63,064 nt of DNA, filler included, from Olpidium bornovanus S191 (GCA_017911155.1; 26 parts of 26 records of this genome joined end to end with filler, not necessarily neighbours in it), one strand, 5' to 3'; shown: positions 35,201 through 47,236, counted from the first letter of the whole stretch. Numbers and translations are program-made. The notes: generated by a model not told the origin, from the letters alone.

Positions 35201-37073
35201 TTCGATTATTTAGTTTTTTTTTGTTTTTTGTTTTTTGATGTCTGCTACGTATCGGGGCGTTCTCAGCGGAGAAGTACGAGCGCGAGAGGCAGGCGCAGGA
35301 GAAATTGGCGGTCGCGCGCCAGGAAGCCCTGCTAAAGGTTGTATCGCAGACGTTGACCAACAATGTCGGCCAGCTCATCCAGCAGACGATCCGGACGGAG
35401 ATAAGGGCGCACACGGGCAGCACTTCTGCAAACCTTGACCCTCATTTGGAGAAGACCATAACGGCTGCCGTGCAAAATGTGAGCTGGGGCCCGGTTGATT
35501 TTTAATGTACGCAGGTGTTAAAATCAGCGGCCGGCTGAATTTGCCGCATTCGTTGCCGCCTTCGCTTCTGTACTTTTTCCCTTCGATGGTTGCGCCATCC
35601 ACAGACGCTCGCCGGTTCCGCCGAAGCTGCGCTTGGCACCTCCTTTCAACGGTGCCTTACCAGCCCGGGGGTTATGGAGGCGGTCTCGAAGGACCTGGCG
35701 GCAATGATGCAGCCGGTGATGGTCGAGGGCTTCCGCAGCGCCTTTCTGGACGTGCTCATCCCAGGGTACCAGCGCGCCACGACGGTGATGTTTGAGCAGA
35801 TGCACCAGTCTTTCACGGAAGGAATGGAGGAACGTGCGTGAAGCCTTGTCGAGTTTTCTTTGGTTGTAACACTCGAGCGCTTGCCTACCCGTTGTACTCA
35901 ATGGTGACTTTATTTTTACCCACCAGTGAAGCGGACGACGGCTCTCAGCGTTAGCGGTGGGGCGGAGCTGCAGCACCGCTCGCAGGTGTCCCTGGAGCGC
36001 ATCTCGGATCAGCTGAGTTCGCTTCAGGCTCACCTAACAGGTCCGGCGTTCAGCAGGGCGATATGCGCGGCGTCGGCAGAGATGGAGCTGAACCTTGTCC
36101 GTTCGATATCGGGAGAGATCACGCGCATTTTCCTGCCCGATGGCGCGCCAGAGCCTACGCACCCGCTCCAGCCGTCCAGCCGAAGGACGTCGCACGCCGC
36201 GGCGGGCGATGACCCTGTATGGAGAGAGGTCGTGCGGCTGGCGCATTTCGGAGAGTACGACCAGGCGTTCATCAAGGTAAGGTTGTTTTTCCAGCCTTCC
36301 CGATATTCGAATTTTCTCCTTTTTCCTTTTTTTCCCCCTCTTTCTCCGCCTCCTTATTTATGGTCTTTTATGTGAGCGTGTGCTTGTTTTTGATTTTTCT
36401 TGCGTTGCTCCTTTAGGCATTATCATCGCAAGACCTGAGCGTGGTGCACCGCCTCTGCCACGCCGTGCCCACGCAGACAGTATTCATGCCTGGGAAGACT
36501 TTGCTGTCACAGCCCGTCCTCCTCTCCCTGCTGCAGCAGTTGAGCATGGACGTGGAGACAGACACCAACTCCAAGCTCGGCTGGATTCAGGAGTCACTGA
36601 TGGCTCTTCGGCCGAAGGTGCGTTTCGGGCCGGCGTTTGTGTGTGTGTGTGTGTGTGTCTGTGCGTGTGTGTGTGGAGTTTTCGTTTCTTTATTTCCTTC
36701 CTTTTTTGTTTTTTTGTATTGTTTTAGTTTTTTTTTTTTTTTTTTTGCTTTTGAGTGCCCCGCGTAATTGAATGATTTATCTCATTCAGGATCATCTGAT
36801 TGCGGAGCACGTACAGCGACTGATGCCCGATATGCGCACGCGCTTGGAGGTGTGTGCCCCAACCGAGTTTTTGTTCCCATTTCGTGGGCCTCTCGTACGC
36901 GGATCTGACGCTGCGCACTCTCCTTTTTCTGCGACGTCGGACGTCTTGCCGAGCAGGACACTTACTACAACTTGGCGTCGCTGGAGCAGCGACCCGAGCA
37001 GACGCTACAGGCCCTCAAGTTCATCCTTCACGCGATGAACACCATGACCCCCGCGAGCATACGGGCGCAGTAG
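32292..37073 (+). CDS. EDC4: Enhancer of mRNA decapping 4 (EDC4/Ge-1/VARICOSE); 5' end possibly truncated
   Basis: FSYVNPF motif; WD40 propeller (SVGADSRICVWEL, AAWHP, SLSWCPDGTVLASG); Ser-rich linker; QEALLKVVSQTL coiled region; C-terminal YDQAFIKALSSQDL...LSQPVLLSLLQQLS...KLGWIQE. Confidence 0.88.
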
Positions 37074-37328
37074 GCGAGGGAAAGAAATTGCGCGGCGAGC
37101 TGGACGCCCCGCCGGGCCGCGGCCGGAGAAACCGCCTTCGCGCAGGCGTCGTCCTTCCGAGCGGGGTCTTCGGCCAGGCAAGCGACGACGAGGGCGGCGA
37201 CCTCCCCGGCGGTCAGCTTTTGATTAACNNNNNNNNNNNNNNNNNNNNNNNNNNNNNNNNNNNNNNNNNNNNTTAATTAATTAANNNNNNNNNNNNNNNN
37301 NNNNNNNNNNNNNNNNNNNNNNNNNNNN

Positions 37329-38492
37329 CCCTCGCAATCAAACTCGCGAGACTCTCGCAGCCACTCGTTCACAAACGCCGTCGTCAACGGGAAAGTCTGC
37401 ATGAGCCAGAAGACCATCTTCCGCGTTACCCTCGCCACTTTTAAGTCTCCCGGCTTCGTTATGAACAGAAGGTTCTGGACGCGCGGCAGTCGAACCACCT
37501 GCTGGTTCAACTTCGAGAACGCGTTCATGATTTCCATGTACCCGTTGGCCAGCGCCCGGACACATCCTCGCGACCCCTGCGTCACACAGCTCGAAAGGTG
37601 GTCTGTTAGCGTCAACGCCGTCAAGGTTTGGCTACGGTTGTCTTGCTGGGAGGAGGCGGGGGTTGGGGGGAGGGGGGAAATGTCGTTATGCCAAATAAAA
37701 GAGCGGCGGCCGTGGAAATGTCAAATCCTGACTTTACATCCTCGGCTTTTGGACCGCTTGCGTAAGCCGATGGCATTTCGCTCACAAGCTGCTTGCAGCG
37801 GCCGCGTATCGTCAAAACGCCGGCCGGAGGATTCTGCAGAGTCCTTAAGAAATGCTTCCGCGTCCCTGGGGAATCTGTATCAGATTTATAGTTATTTTCT
37901 TTTTTCGCACGGAAACGGGGACACAATTCGCGATGTGAATTTGCCCGCCACGTTACCAGTTGTCTCTCACCTTCCAGTGTGACCCAGTCGCCGTCCTCGT
38001 CCATCCACTGGAAGACATACCTTTCGGCGCTGGCCGTGAGGTTGAACACCTGGTCGAACTTTTTGGCGATACACTGCACAGACAGTTCATCCCCTTACCG
38101 AAATTAAGGCCGCGCGCGTGCAGGTGTGTCGGCAAAACGAGTGGCCTTTTTCGCCCGCCCGCCACTCTCCCGCCGCCATCCGCGCGCGCGTTCTCTCTCC
38201 GCCAACGCTCCCCCCTTAACCCCGCACCCCCCCTCTCCCCACAACCACGTTTTTTTTTTTTTTTTTTTTTTCGTGCGAAATCGCCGGTTTTCGGACAAGG
38301 AAAGACCACCCTACAGTTCAGCCGGACATACTGGGCCTCCCCGAGCAGCTTGAGCTTCAGCTCCACCGAAACCTCGCCGGAGGTCCGGGGGTCGGCCCCT
38401 GCGTGGTGGGGGTGGCCGCCCAAAGGCAGGCGCGCGTCGGGCTGCGCGCGGCCGTCCAAGGGGCGGAGGGATTGCGGACGACCGGCGTCCAT
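37329..38492 (-). CDS. PB1-domain / NAD kinase (Utr1/Yef1-like) fusion, 3'-partial
   Basis: Phase-consistent GT-AG exons 38492-38315, 38093-37971, 37874-37786 and 37645-37329. PB1: VELKLKL...FQWMDEDGDWVTL. Then VQNLLFITKPGDLKVARVTRKMVFWL...FVNEWLRESREFD, matching the N-terminal region of fungal NAD kinases. Confidence 0.7.
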
Positions 38493-38564
38493 ATCGCGGT
38501 TTCCGGGGGTGGGGGTGGGGGGGGGGGGGGGGGGGCCCCCCCCCCCGCCCCCCCCCCCCCCCCG

Positions 38565-38609
<45 letters not shown>

Positions 38610-38758
38610 CCCCCCCCCCCCCCCCCCCCCCGCCCCCGCCACAACCACACCGCCCGCNNNNNNNNNNNNNNNNNNNNNNNNNNNNNNNNNNNNNNNNNNN
38701 NTTAATTAATTAANNNNNNNNNNNNNNNNNNNNNNNNNNNNNNNNNNNNNNNNNNNNC

Positions 38759-39951
38759 ATGACCGCCGTTCACGATCGAGCGTCAGTCGCCGTCGCGGGC
38801 GTCGTCACGGCAAGTCAGTCCGCGGCCGGAAAGAATTTAGAGGACAAGGCAGCATCGTCGCAAGTCGCTGGTAAGTCTTTGTCGTGTTCTTTTTTTTTTC
38901 CTTTTTTTTTGTTACTTTTGTTCCCCGTCCACTTTGTTTGATGCCGGTGGAATAATCCCACTGCTTTGCGATGCCCGCCGCCCTCACTATTTTTGCGTGC
39001 GACGGCGGAAAAAAATATAAAAAAATAGCAGTGTCTAAAACTGATTTGATACGGACAAGCAGAGGTAAGGGGGGAGGGCGGTGGGGGGAGGGGGTTTCGA
39101 TGGAGTTACTCGCGCGCGTTGCACCCCTTGGCTGCGCGGTTCCCGTTTCCGACTGTTTCTTGCTTACGCGGCTTTCTTGGCTTTATGCCGCCGTATTCCT
39201 TAGGCGCGTTGGAAAAACCCGTGATGCCCGAAATCCGCTCGAGCAAAGAGGCGACCGCGCCGCAAGGGCCAACAGGTTGGGCAGTGCTTTTCCACCGTGA
39301 AAAACCGTCTGCGGGCGCATCACGGAACAGGCGAAACGTGTCCCGCCGAAAATAAAAGGCCGATACGTTCTTTTTTCCTTCCACCCCCTCTCCCTCCCCC
39401 GCTTTCCCCGGCCCACCTCTTCCCCTGTCCCCGGTGGATTCGCGGAAAAAGGCGGCGGCACGGAAAAACCGAAACCCGTCGCCTTTGAGATATCGGTGGA
39501 AGAGCTCAAGCCGCAGAAGACGAGCACGCCCAAGTCGTCCTTGCCGAAGCTCGAACTGTCCGAGGAGGAGATCAAAGCGAAGCTCTCGTTGTCGGAGGAG
39601 CGCTGGCGGGACCTCGAGAAGGAGAAGGAGACCCGCCGCTCGGCGCGCTCTCTGGCGGCGGCGGCGGCGGCGGCGGAGCGGAGCGGGTCCGCAAAGTCTA
39701 ACCCGGAGGAGCTCAAGAGCAAGCTGGTAGAGAAGGAGGCCAAGGTCGAGCAGAACCGCCAGCGCGAGCTCGCCAAGCGGCAAAGCGAGCAGCAGAAGCG
39801 GGACCACCGCGCGAAGGAGGTCCAGAGGCGAAAGCAGGAGCTGCAGAAGAACCGCGAGGAGAAGCAGGAAGGCGGCGAGAAGGAGGAAGATCTCGACCTT
39901 TCCTGGGGCGGGGAGGCGAAAGACGACGACAGCGACGCGCGGTCGCAATAA
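38759..39951 (+). CDS. Stathmin-like domain protein; N-terminus possibly truncated
   Basis: Exons 38759-38870, 39204-39275 and 39452-39951 with matching phases. AFEI, LSEEEIKAKL..SEER, KL..K.....NR and D....EV...K occur at stathmin spacing. Confidence 0.78.
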
Positions 39952-41735
39952 CACCCAGAAAAATCAAAGGCCGAGGCACGCGGCATTCCGTGATTCACGT
40001 ATTAGATGCGTTTTCCGGCCTAACTTGCCATAACCCACACCCCCCCCCCCCTCTCCCACTTTGCCGACGACGTACACGAGTCTCCCTTCCGATACTCCGT
40101 GGAGACTCTACAGTCTTCCAAATCCCGCTCCGCAGCACCATAATGCTTATACCCTTTTCATTTTATTTTATTTACTTTTTTTTTTTTTTTTTTTTCGGCC
40201 ACGCACTCAGCGTCCGCGCAGAACATACCGCTATTGTCGCCGGAAGGCTCTTTCCATGTGCAACACTGGCTCATTTTTTCGGTTGCGGCGAACGTGCCAG
40301 AGCCATGAGTCAAGTGACCTGGTAACTTTTGTGCTCGCTCACTCTTCCTTTAGCAAAAACGACAGGACACGCGACAACCAAACACAAATCCGTCGAGGGC
40401 GTCCAGGCGCGGAGCCCGGCTGANNNNNNNNNNNNNNNNNNNNNNNNNNNNNNNNNNNNNNNNNNNNTTAATTAATTAANNNNNNNNNNNNNNNNNNNNN
40501 NNNNNNNNNNNNNNNNNNNNNNNGCATGCGCATATTTATCCGCGTGCTTCTGCTCGCAAGAGGGCTTTTCCATCCACCACACACCCAGAACCGCGTGTTC
40601 TCAGCAGGCTGTGCAAAACCCGTCATAACACTAACTCGCGTTGGCGTCCTTTCCTTTGATGCGTTTCGCAATCCGACGACTCTGATCGGCGTGGACACAT
40701 CCGCCTGACTTTTTTTTTGGCCCCGACCTTTTCGCTCCGCCGCCGGTCGCCCCGAATGTTCCAGGGGGGCCGTACGTCGACTTTTTCTGTGCTCCAAAAA
40801 TCTTTTCTGGAACTTGGTACCGGGGAATGAAATTCTCAGACTTTTCTCGTCCTCAAAAGCGACCGCGGTTTTCGTAATCCCGGCGATGGGGTTCCCTGGG
40901 AACAGCGGCCCTGCGAAATGTCCACTCGTTGCACCCCCGGGTTGGTTTTTTGTACGGGAATCCTTAACCCCCCGGCGCCCCCCCCCCCCCCCCCCATCTG
41001 CGAAGTCCGCTGTACCCACGACACCCCAAAAGGAACTCAATGATATAGCAATCCCAGAATTTATCATTGACGCAACCGAGATCCAAAAAATTTGATTTGT
41101 AGTTTGTTATTCGGTAAAAGGTAGATGTGGTATTATTTGTGTTTTAAGAGCAATAAACGTGTATTAAAATAATGCGTTGTTGTATTTGGATCGGGTGAAA
41201 GAGAGGAAAAAGGGTAAGGGCGTTATGATTTGGTTTATTCGATTGGGATTTTTGAGGTGATAAAAGGGTGATCTAGTTTAATTTGGAGTTCTTAATATTC
41301 TTTTGTAAATAAAAAAACCAAAAAATCAGGTGGGTTTGTTTGGGGAAAAGGACTGTTATGTAAGTATATAAGTACATTGGTGTGTTCTGCGGCGAAGGGA
41401 TGGGGTTGAGAGAGATGAGAGTGAGGATGGGAGAGGAGAGGGGAGCGAGTTTGGGAGAGGGGAGGGGAGCGGAGTGAGGGGAGAGGAGTAAGGTGAGGGA
41501 TGAGGATGGGGAGGGGTGGGTGTGCGTGGGTGTGCGGTGGGAGGGGTGTGCGGGGGTGGGAGGAGGGGGGGGGACTATCTGACAAACCTTGGGGCGGGAT
41601 CCTACGTGAGGTGCGGGGGTGGGAGCGCGCTGCCCNNNNNNNNNNNNNNNNNNNNNNNNNNNNNNNNNNNNNNNNNNNNTTAATTAATTAANNNNNNNNN
41701 NNNNNNNNNNNNNNNNNNNNNNNNNNNNNNNNNNN

Positions 41736-42430
41736 GAAATACAAGCAGGATGATGCCACCCCTGCGGGACGGGTTGGCCGATGCCAGTGTTGCCCGGCGG
41801 TAAGCGTTATTGGGACGGGTGTTGACGAGTGCAACAAATAATGAAGATTTCCATGTCATGACCCCCTTGCAAATAATTCTGATGCTATCACATCTCGGAT
41901 TTCACCGGAAGTTGCCCAAAAAGTTACGGTGGCATTATGATCACATTCCCTTGCAATGGAGAACAGTGATGTCGAAAATGGCGAGGCGTGCAGGGCTTCC
42001 TTAATAAAAGTCTGAGGCCCTGCGAGTGGGTAAGCAATTCCTGCCCCCAGACAATTGTATATGTGATCCATCTGCAACCTCAATGTCAATGGCAGCTCAG
42101 TGGATGTCAGCAAACGCATCGGAGTCGGTGAACATGTGTTGGTCACACCAGAATCGATGATAAACAGTGGCCGGTGAGATTCCAAATGACAGTGGTCAGA
42201 ATCCGGAATCAATTGATCACTGGCATATGCGACCAGAGCGCGTACGGGTTGCGGATCTTGTTGCCGATGATCATCTTGTGGGCTGTGTTCATTACCTTTA
42301 CCCACGCTCTTCTGGCATTCCTCGATGATCCTCTTCGCATCGTCATGCGCAGATAATCACTTGGAAAGTGGTCCTTCGACATGCAGAACTCGCAGGGGTG
42401 TTTCGGCTTCAAATTAATGTGCGTTCTCAT
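41736..42430 (-). mobile_element. Decayed Ty1/copia gag zinc knuckle, protease and GAG-pre-integrase
   Basis: CEFCMSKDHFPSD(Y) knuckle, FIIDSGVTN, SLFSIA, GNLHYL...WH; contains stops and frameshifts. Confidence 0.8.
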
Positions 42431-42649
42431 AAAGAATCACGTGGGCCCTTGTTGCGACTTGATTGGGACTTGGGGTCTTTTTTGTCCTTCGACTTCCCCT
42501 GTGTGGCTAACGCAGTTGGGGAGGGATCGTCGCCTTCTCTACAGGCCGGCACCATTTCGATTTCTCCAAGGGACCAAAAAAAAAAAAAAAACTGCGGGGG
42601 GGCCCGCCCGGACTGGGGCCCGGCTTGGCGGGGAAAGAAAAAAGAATAA

Positions 42650-44029
42650 ATGACTTCCGCTTCTCGATGCCCGGAGGCCGTCCCGGTTTTCTCTGTCACG
42701 TTCACGGATACGGGCCAAACGAAGTCGTCGAAGGGCAAGGGGGAGCTTGTTATCGGGAGGGACCATTCGCTCGACATTCTCGGTGGGTTGCACCGGGAGG
42801 GAAGGGGGGAGGGCTTGGGTGGTAGGGCTGACCAAAGGTTTGAACCTCGCGACGCGCGTACCAGACAACCACATCAGCAGGAAGCAGCTTAGGTTTTACC
42901 TTGCTGACGACAAGAATGCGTTCGTGGAGCGGGTACGTGGGACCCTTCGAGAGCAGGGCTCTTGTTAGCAGGCGGCGTAAGGTCGGCCCGCGCGCGCGTT
43001 TTTTTCTTTTTCTTTTTTTTAAAAAAAAAAGGAAATTAAGATTCATTCCGCCCCGTTCCGATTTTCTCGTCACCCAGTTAGGGATGCCCGATTCGAAGAA
43101 GGCGGGCGTCCCTTTACCAAAAGGCCAGCACTTCCCGGTCAATGACCGCGATAAGTTTACGCTTTTCCTAGTACGCCGGTTTTTCAGGGTTAAAAAAGTC
43201 GCGTCGCGCTCGAGACCAAGAGAGCAACGTTGTCCCCTGAACCGCGGGAGGCTATCGAACCTTTGTTCCAGGACGAGTATCCTTTTGAGCTCCGGCTTTG
43301 CCTGCCGGGACCGCTGTGCGACGTCCGGGAGGAAAAGCAGGTCGGCGTCGCGGTTGACGGCCCCCCGGAACCGCCGTTCGAAAGTTTGCCGGAGAGGGTC
43401 CTCACGGAAGACGAGGGGAGCGTGGACGAAGGGGAGGAGGAGTCCGACCGAGGGGTAAGCGAGGAGTCGGACTATTACGGGTCGTCGGCGGCTGACAGCC
43501 CCGAAGACGACGAAGGCCGCGAGGCGCAGGAGACGGAGGGGGAAAAGCTGTCGAGAAAGGCGGCGCGGCCAGCGGGGAAGGCGGCGTCGTCGAGGAAGAG
43601 GAAGAGAGGAGCACCCGTATCTCCGGTCGCGCACGGGACCAACGCGGTCCGCGAGCCGGAAGGCGGGGGCTCCGGTCACGCGGACAATGTCGGTGCTCCG
43701 CCGGCGAAGAGGGCGCGAAAGCCGCCCGCCCGGCGATCCGCGAAGCCGAGGACGGAATTCGCCGCATACCGCGCGTTCGTCGAAGCCACCAGGCCACAGC
43801 TGCAGGCGGATTATCCGCACGAGAACGAGAGGCAGATATCGAAATTGCTGAAGGGGCGCTGGAGCAGGATGGACGACAATGCCAAGAAGGTGACGAACAA
43901 AGAAAAAATTTGTTGTTTGTTGTTTTGTTTTGCTCGTGCGCGTGCGCGCGGATTTTTTGCGGACCGCATACCTTTCGCGGTTGTTTTCACTTCCAGGAAT
44001 TCTACGGTCCCGGCGGCAGAAAGACATGA
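42650..44029 (+). CDS. FHA (PNKP/aprataxin type), acidic linker and HMG-box protein; 3' end at the contig edge
   Basis: LVIGRD...HISRKQLRF...LGMPDS...DKFTLFL-DEYPFELRL, then an Asp/Glu/Ser tract, then AYRAFVEATRPQLQADYP...QISKLLKGRWSRMDDNAKK. Confidence 0.75.
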
Positions 44030-44129
44030 NNNNNNNNNNNNNNNNNNNNNNNNNNNNNNNNNNNNNNNNNNNNTTAATTAATTAANNNNNNNNNNNNNNN
44101 NNNNNNNNNNNNNNNNNNNNNNNNNNNNN

Positions 44130-45412
44130 CATGGTCACTTGGTTTTCCTCTAAGGCCTTTACGTTGGTCTTTCTTGGTGTGAATTCCCGGCGGTTAGGCA
44201 CTGCTCGGGCGTAGCCCGATCATCCTTCAGAATTTGCCGAACTTGACCTTGTCTAAAAGTTTGGTGAAAATGTCTGCAGAATTTTCCGCGTTCTTGACTC
44301 TCTGGATCTTAATTCTCCCGTCTGCTGCGCACCAGCGTAGGTGGTGGGTGATACTTGATGTCGATGTGTTTTGACCTACGTGAGGTCTTGAGGTCTGCTG
44401 CGAGCTCGACGGCTCCCGTGTTGTCTATAATCAGCGGCATTGGTTTTTTGTCCGCTTGCGAGATCTCGAGGACAATGGGCCTCATCCAAACGGTCTCTTG
44501 AGCTGCTGCAGAGCCGGCGACAAACTCTGCTTCGCAGGTGGAAGTAGCGATGCACTTCTGCCGTGCTGATCTCCATGACACTGGCCCGTCGCCGTACAGC
44601 ACAACTAAGTCGGTCGTTGAAGCACGGGTCAGTTGGCACCCAGCCCAATCTGCGTCGCAGAATGCGATCAGCCTGGAATCTCCTTCCTTGAACTGGATTC
44701 TGTAGTCAGTCGTTCCCACGAGGTAGTGCAGCGTTTTTTTCAACGGCTCCCCGGTGTTTGGTGCTTGGGGATGCAATGAATCGAGGTAAGAAGGACACTG
44801 CGAATGCCAAGTTGGGCCTGGTCATGGTGGCTAGCCACATAAGTGATCCGATGGCTTCCGATTACCTTTCGATGTACCCTTCCTCTTTTTCGTCACATGA
44901 CGTGACCATGGTCAGCGCCTCCAGGGCTTCTGCTTGCAGGGGAGTCACGAGGGGCTTCGCGTTTGTCATGTGGAACATTCCGAGGAGTGCCTTGGCGAAA
45001 TGCTCTTGGTCCAAGATCCCCCCACTGTTTGTAGTCACCCTGACGCCGAGGATGAAGCAGCAGTTCCCGCGGTTGGTCATCTTGAATGTGTGGGCGAGTA
45101 ATCCCTCGAACCTTTTGATGGTCTCGACATCAGGTCCCGTCAGGAAGATATCATCCACATAGATTGCTATGATCAGGGTGCTTTTTTGACCTGATCGCAG
45201 GATATAGATGCAGGGCTCCGTAGGGAGCTGTGTGAGGCCTAGGCGAAGGAGTTCCTCATGAAGCTCATGATTCCAGATTCTGCTGCTTTGTTTCAATCCA
45301 TATGGGGGACAGTGCAGCCCGTGTACGGAGTTGCCGCGTTTGAACCCTTCGGGTTGCTCGAGGTAGATCTCCTCCTGAAATCTCTCGTTCAGATAGGCCA
45401 GCACCACGTCCC
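44130..45412 (-). mobile_element. Decayed Ty1/copia RT-RNase H
   Basis: AYLN...EEIYLEQPEG, YGLKQSSRIWN, EPCIY, IAIYVDDI, FCDADWAG, STCEAEFVA, SKHIDIKYH; frameshifts and a TGA at 44227-44229. Confidence 0.95.
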
Positions 45413-45643
45413 TGTAACAAGTGAAATATCTAATCTGCGCAATGCGCTATCTGGAGATCATATTTCACTAGTCTGGCTCTGGAATCTGGATCTAGATCTG
45501 GGGCTTTGTGTTCTGGATTGAATGCGTGTTCTGGTATGTGAATGCTCTTGGTTCTTCTGTGCATTTTACGTCTAAAATGTACGTAGGGCGTGGAGCTTTA
45601 TATAGGCGCGGCCTAATGCCTGCGCTAGCGTGATTATGCGGTG
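45413..45643 (-). mobile_element. LTR fragment of a second element that truncates the copia RT
   Basis: TGTAACA terminus lies exactly at the RT break; TATATAAAG on the minus strand near 45600. Confidence 0.5.
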
Positions 45644-47236
45644 TGTAGTGTGCCCCTCTCGACGTCGACTGGGCACGTGACCTGTACCTATATAACCAGT
45701 CTGCCCTCCGGGCACACCGAATAGACTCGAACGTCCTTCTTCCTTCGAACGTATCACTACAAAGTGGGGAATCCGAGGATGAACCATCCTTCGACCAGCC
45801 TCCCTTTCGACCAGCTCTTTCGCTTCGCTCCCTGCAGCGCCCGCGCCATCCCCGCTGCGCCCGCGCTCAGCTTAAGCCGCGCTCCGCCCTTCGCCGCGCC
45901 TGCGCTTTGCCCTCCGCCGCGCCTGCGCTTCGCCTCCGCCGCGCCCGCGCTTCACCCTCCGCCGCGCCCGCGCTCCGCTCCCCGCTGCGCCCGCGCTTCG
46001 CCCTCCGTTGCGCGCCCGCGCTTCGCCTCCACCGCGCCTGCACTTCGCCTCCGCTGCGCGCCTGCGCTTCGCCTCCTCCGCGCCCGCGCTCGGCTTCCGC
46101 CGCGTGACCTTCCGCCGCCGCTCCCGTTTTCGCGCTTGTTTTTGCGTTTGCGTTCGTTTTTGCGTTTGCGTTCGTTTGTTTTCGTCGCCAAAACGACGCC
46201 CGCTTTGCTTCGAAACGCCGCTTTTTCATTGCTTTTGCCTGCTCGGCCCTTCGACGCGCCCGCGCTTCGCTCCCCGCCGCGCCTGCGCTTCGGCGCCGCC
46301 GCGCCCGCGCTCCGCCGCCGCTGCGCCCGCGCTGGGCCCGCCGCCGCTGCGCCCGCGCTCGGCCCGCCGCCGCCCGCCGCCGATGCCCTCGCCGCGTCGT
46401 CGGCGCCGTAAAGGCGCGACGCCGCTGCCGCTGTCGCCCCACATAACGGCGACCAGCTCCGCTCTCCCGCCGCCGTCAAACCCTTCGAACTCTGCAGTTC
46501 GTTCGGCCGCGTCGTCCCCCGCGCCCGTCGCCGCGTCGTCATCCGCGCCCGTCGACCCCGCCGTCGTCCCCATCCCGCCGTCGCCGTCCTTCGACGCCCG
46601 GATGGATCAACCGCCGCTTCGCGTCCCCATGTTCATTCCCGAACAGGCACCCGACGCCACGCCCGCCGCCACGCCCGCCGCCACGCCCGCCGCTGCGCCC
46701 GCCGCTTCGTCCGCCCGTGTCGGACTCGACAATACCGCAAATGCTCCTGACGCCGTCCTTCGTCAGCAGAAGCTTGCTGGACTCGCTGAGTGGCGCGCTT
46801 CGATCGTTGCTCGCGTTGGTGCTGTTACCGCGGCTGCGCTTTTAACCGACATTGACGCCGCCCTTCCCGCCATCGTCAACGACCCGTCTATTTCGTTGCA
46901 GGAGTTGAGCGTTACCTGCGCCTCGCTCGACGAGCGCCTCATTGAGATGGCTGCCTCGTACCGTGCGCCGAGCCGCTCTTTGTCGCTTCTCCAGGCGAGC
47001 CTCGACCGCACGGCTGCTCGACTTGCGGACCCATCGACGACCGTTCGCCCGTCGACCACCACCGCGCGTATTCCGTCGCGTTGCTACCGTCGACAGGTTG
47101 AACGGTTTAAAAATACATGAAAGGTCCTTAATTGGTGCCTACAAACCTTCAGGCTGATCGCGTTTCGGCTCGAAGCTCAGGAACTGGCTCTCGTTTTCGT
47201 GGTGTCACCGATGGGCCTCGAAACGTGTCGACGCTA
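45644..47236 (+). mobile_element. Third element: 118-bp LTR (45644-45761), GC-rich repetitive leader and an unidentified ORF from 46602
   Basis: Perfect TGTAGTG...CACTACA termini, internal TATATAA, followed by AAG-TGGGGAATCC (PBS-like, tRNA unassigned). Confidence 0.65.

Noticed and set aside
43277-43286. GTATCCTTTT, a perfect U12 GT-type donor
   Set aside because: It lies 5 nt into an exon and encodes YPF of the last FHA strand; the frame continues open.
45762-45780. Tf1-like self-priming for the 118-bp-LTR element
   Set aside because: No complement of the PBS-like sequence is present within the LTR.
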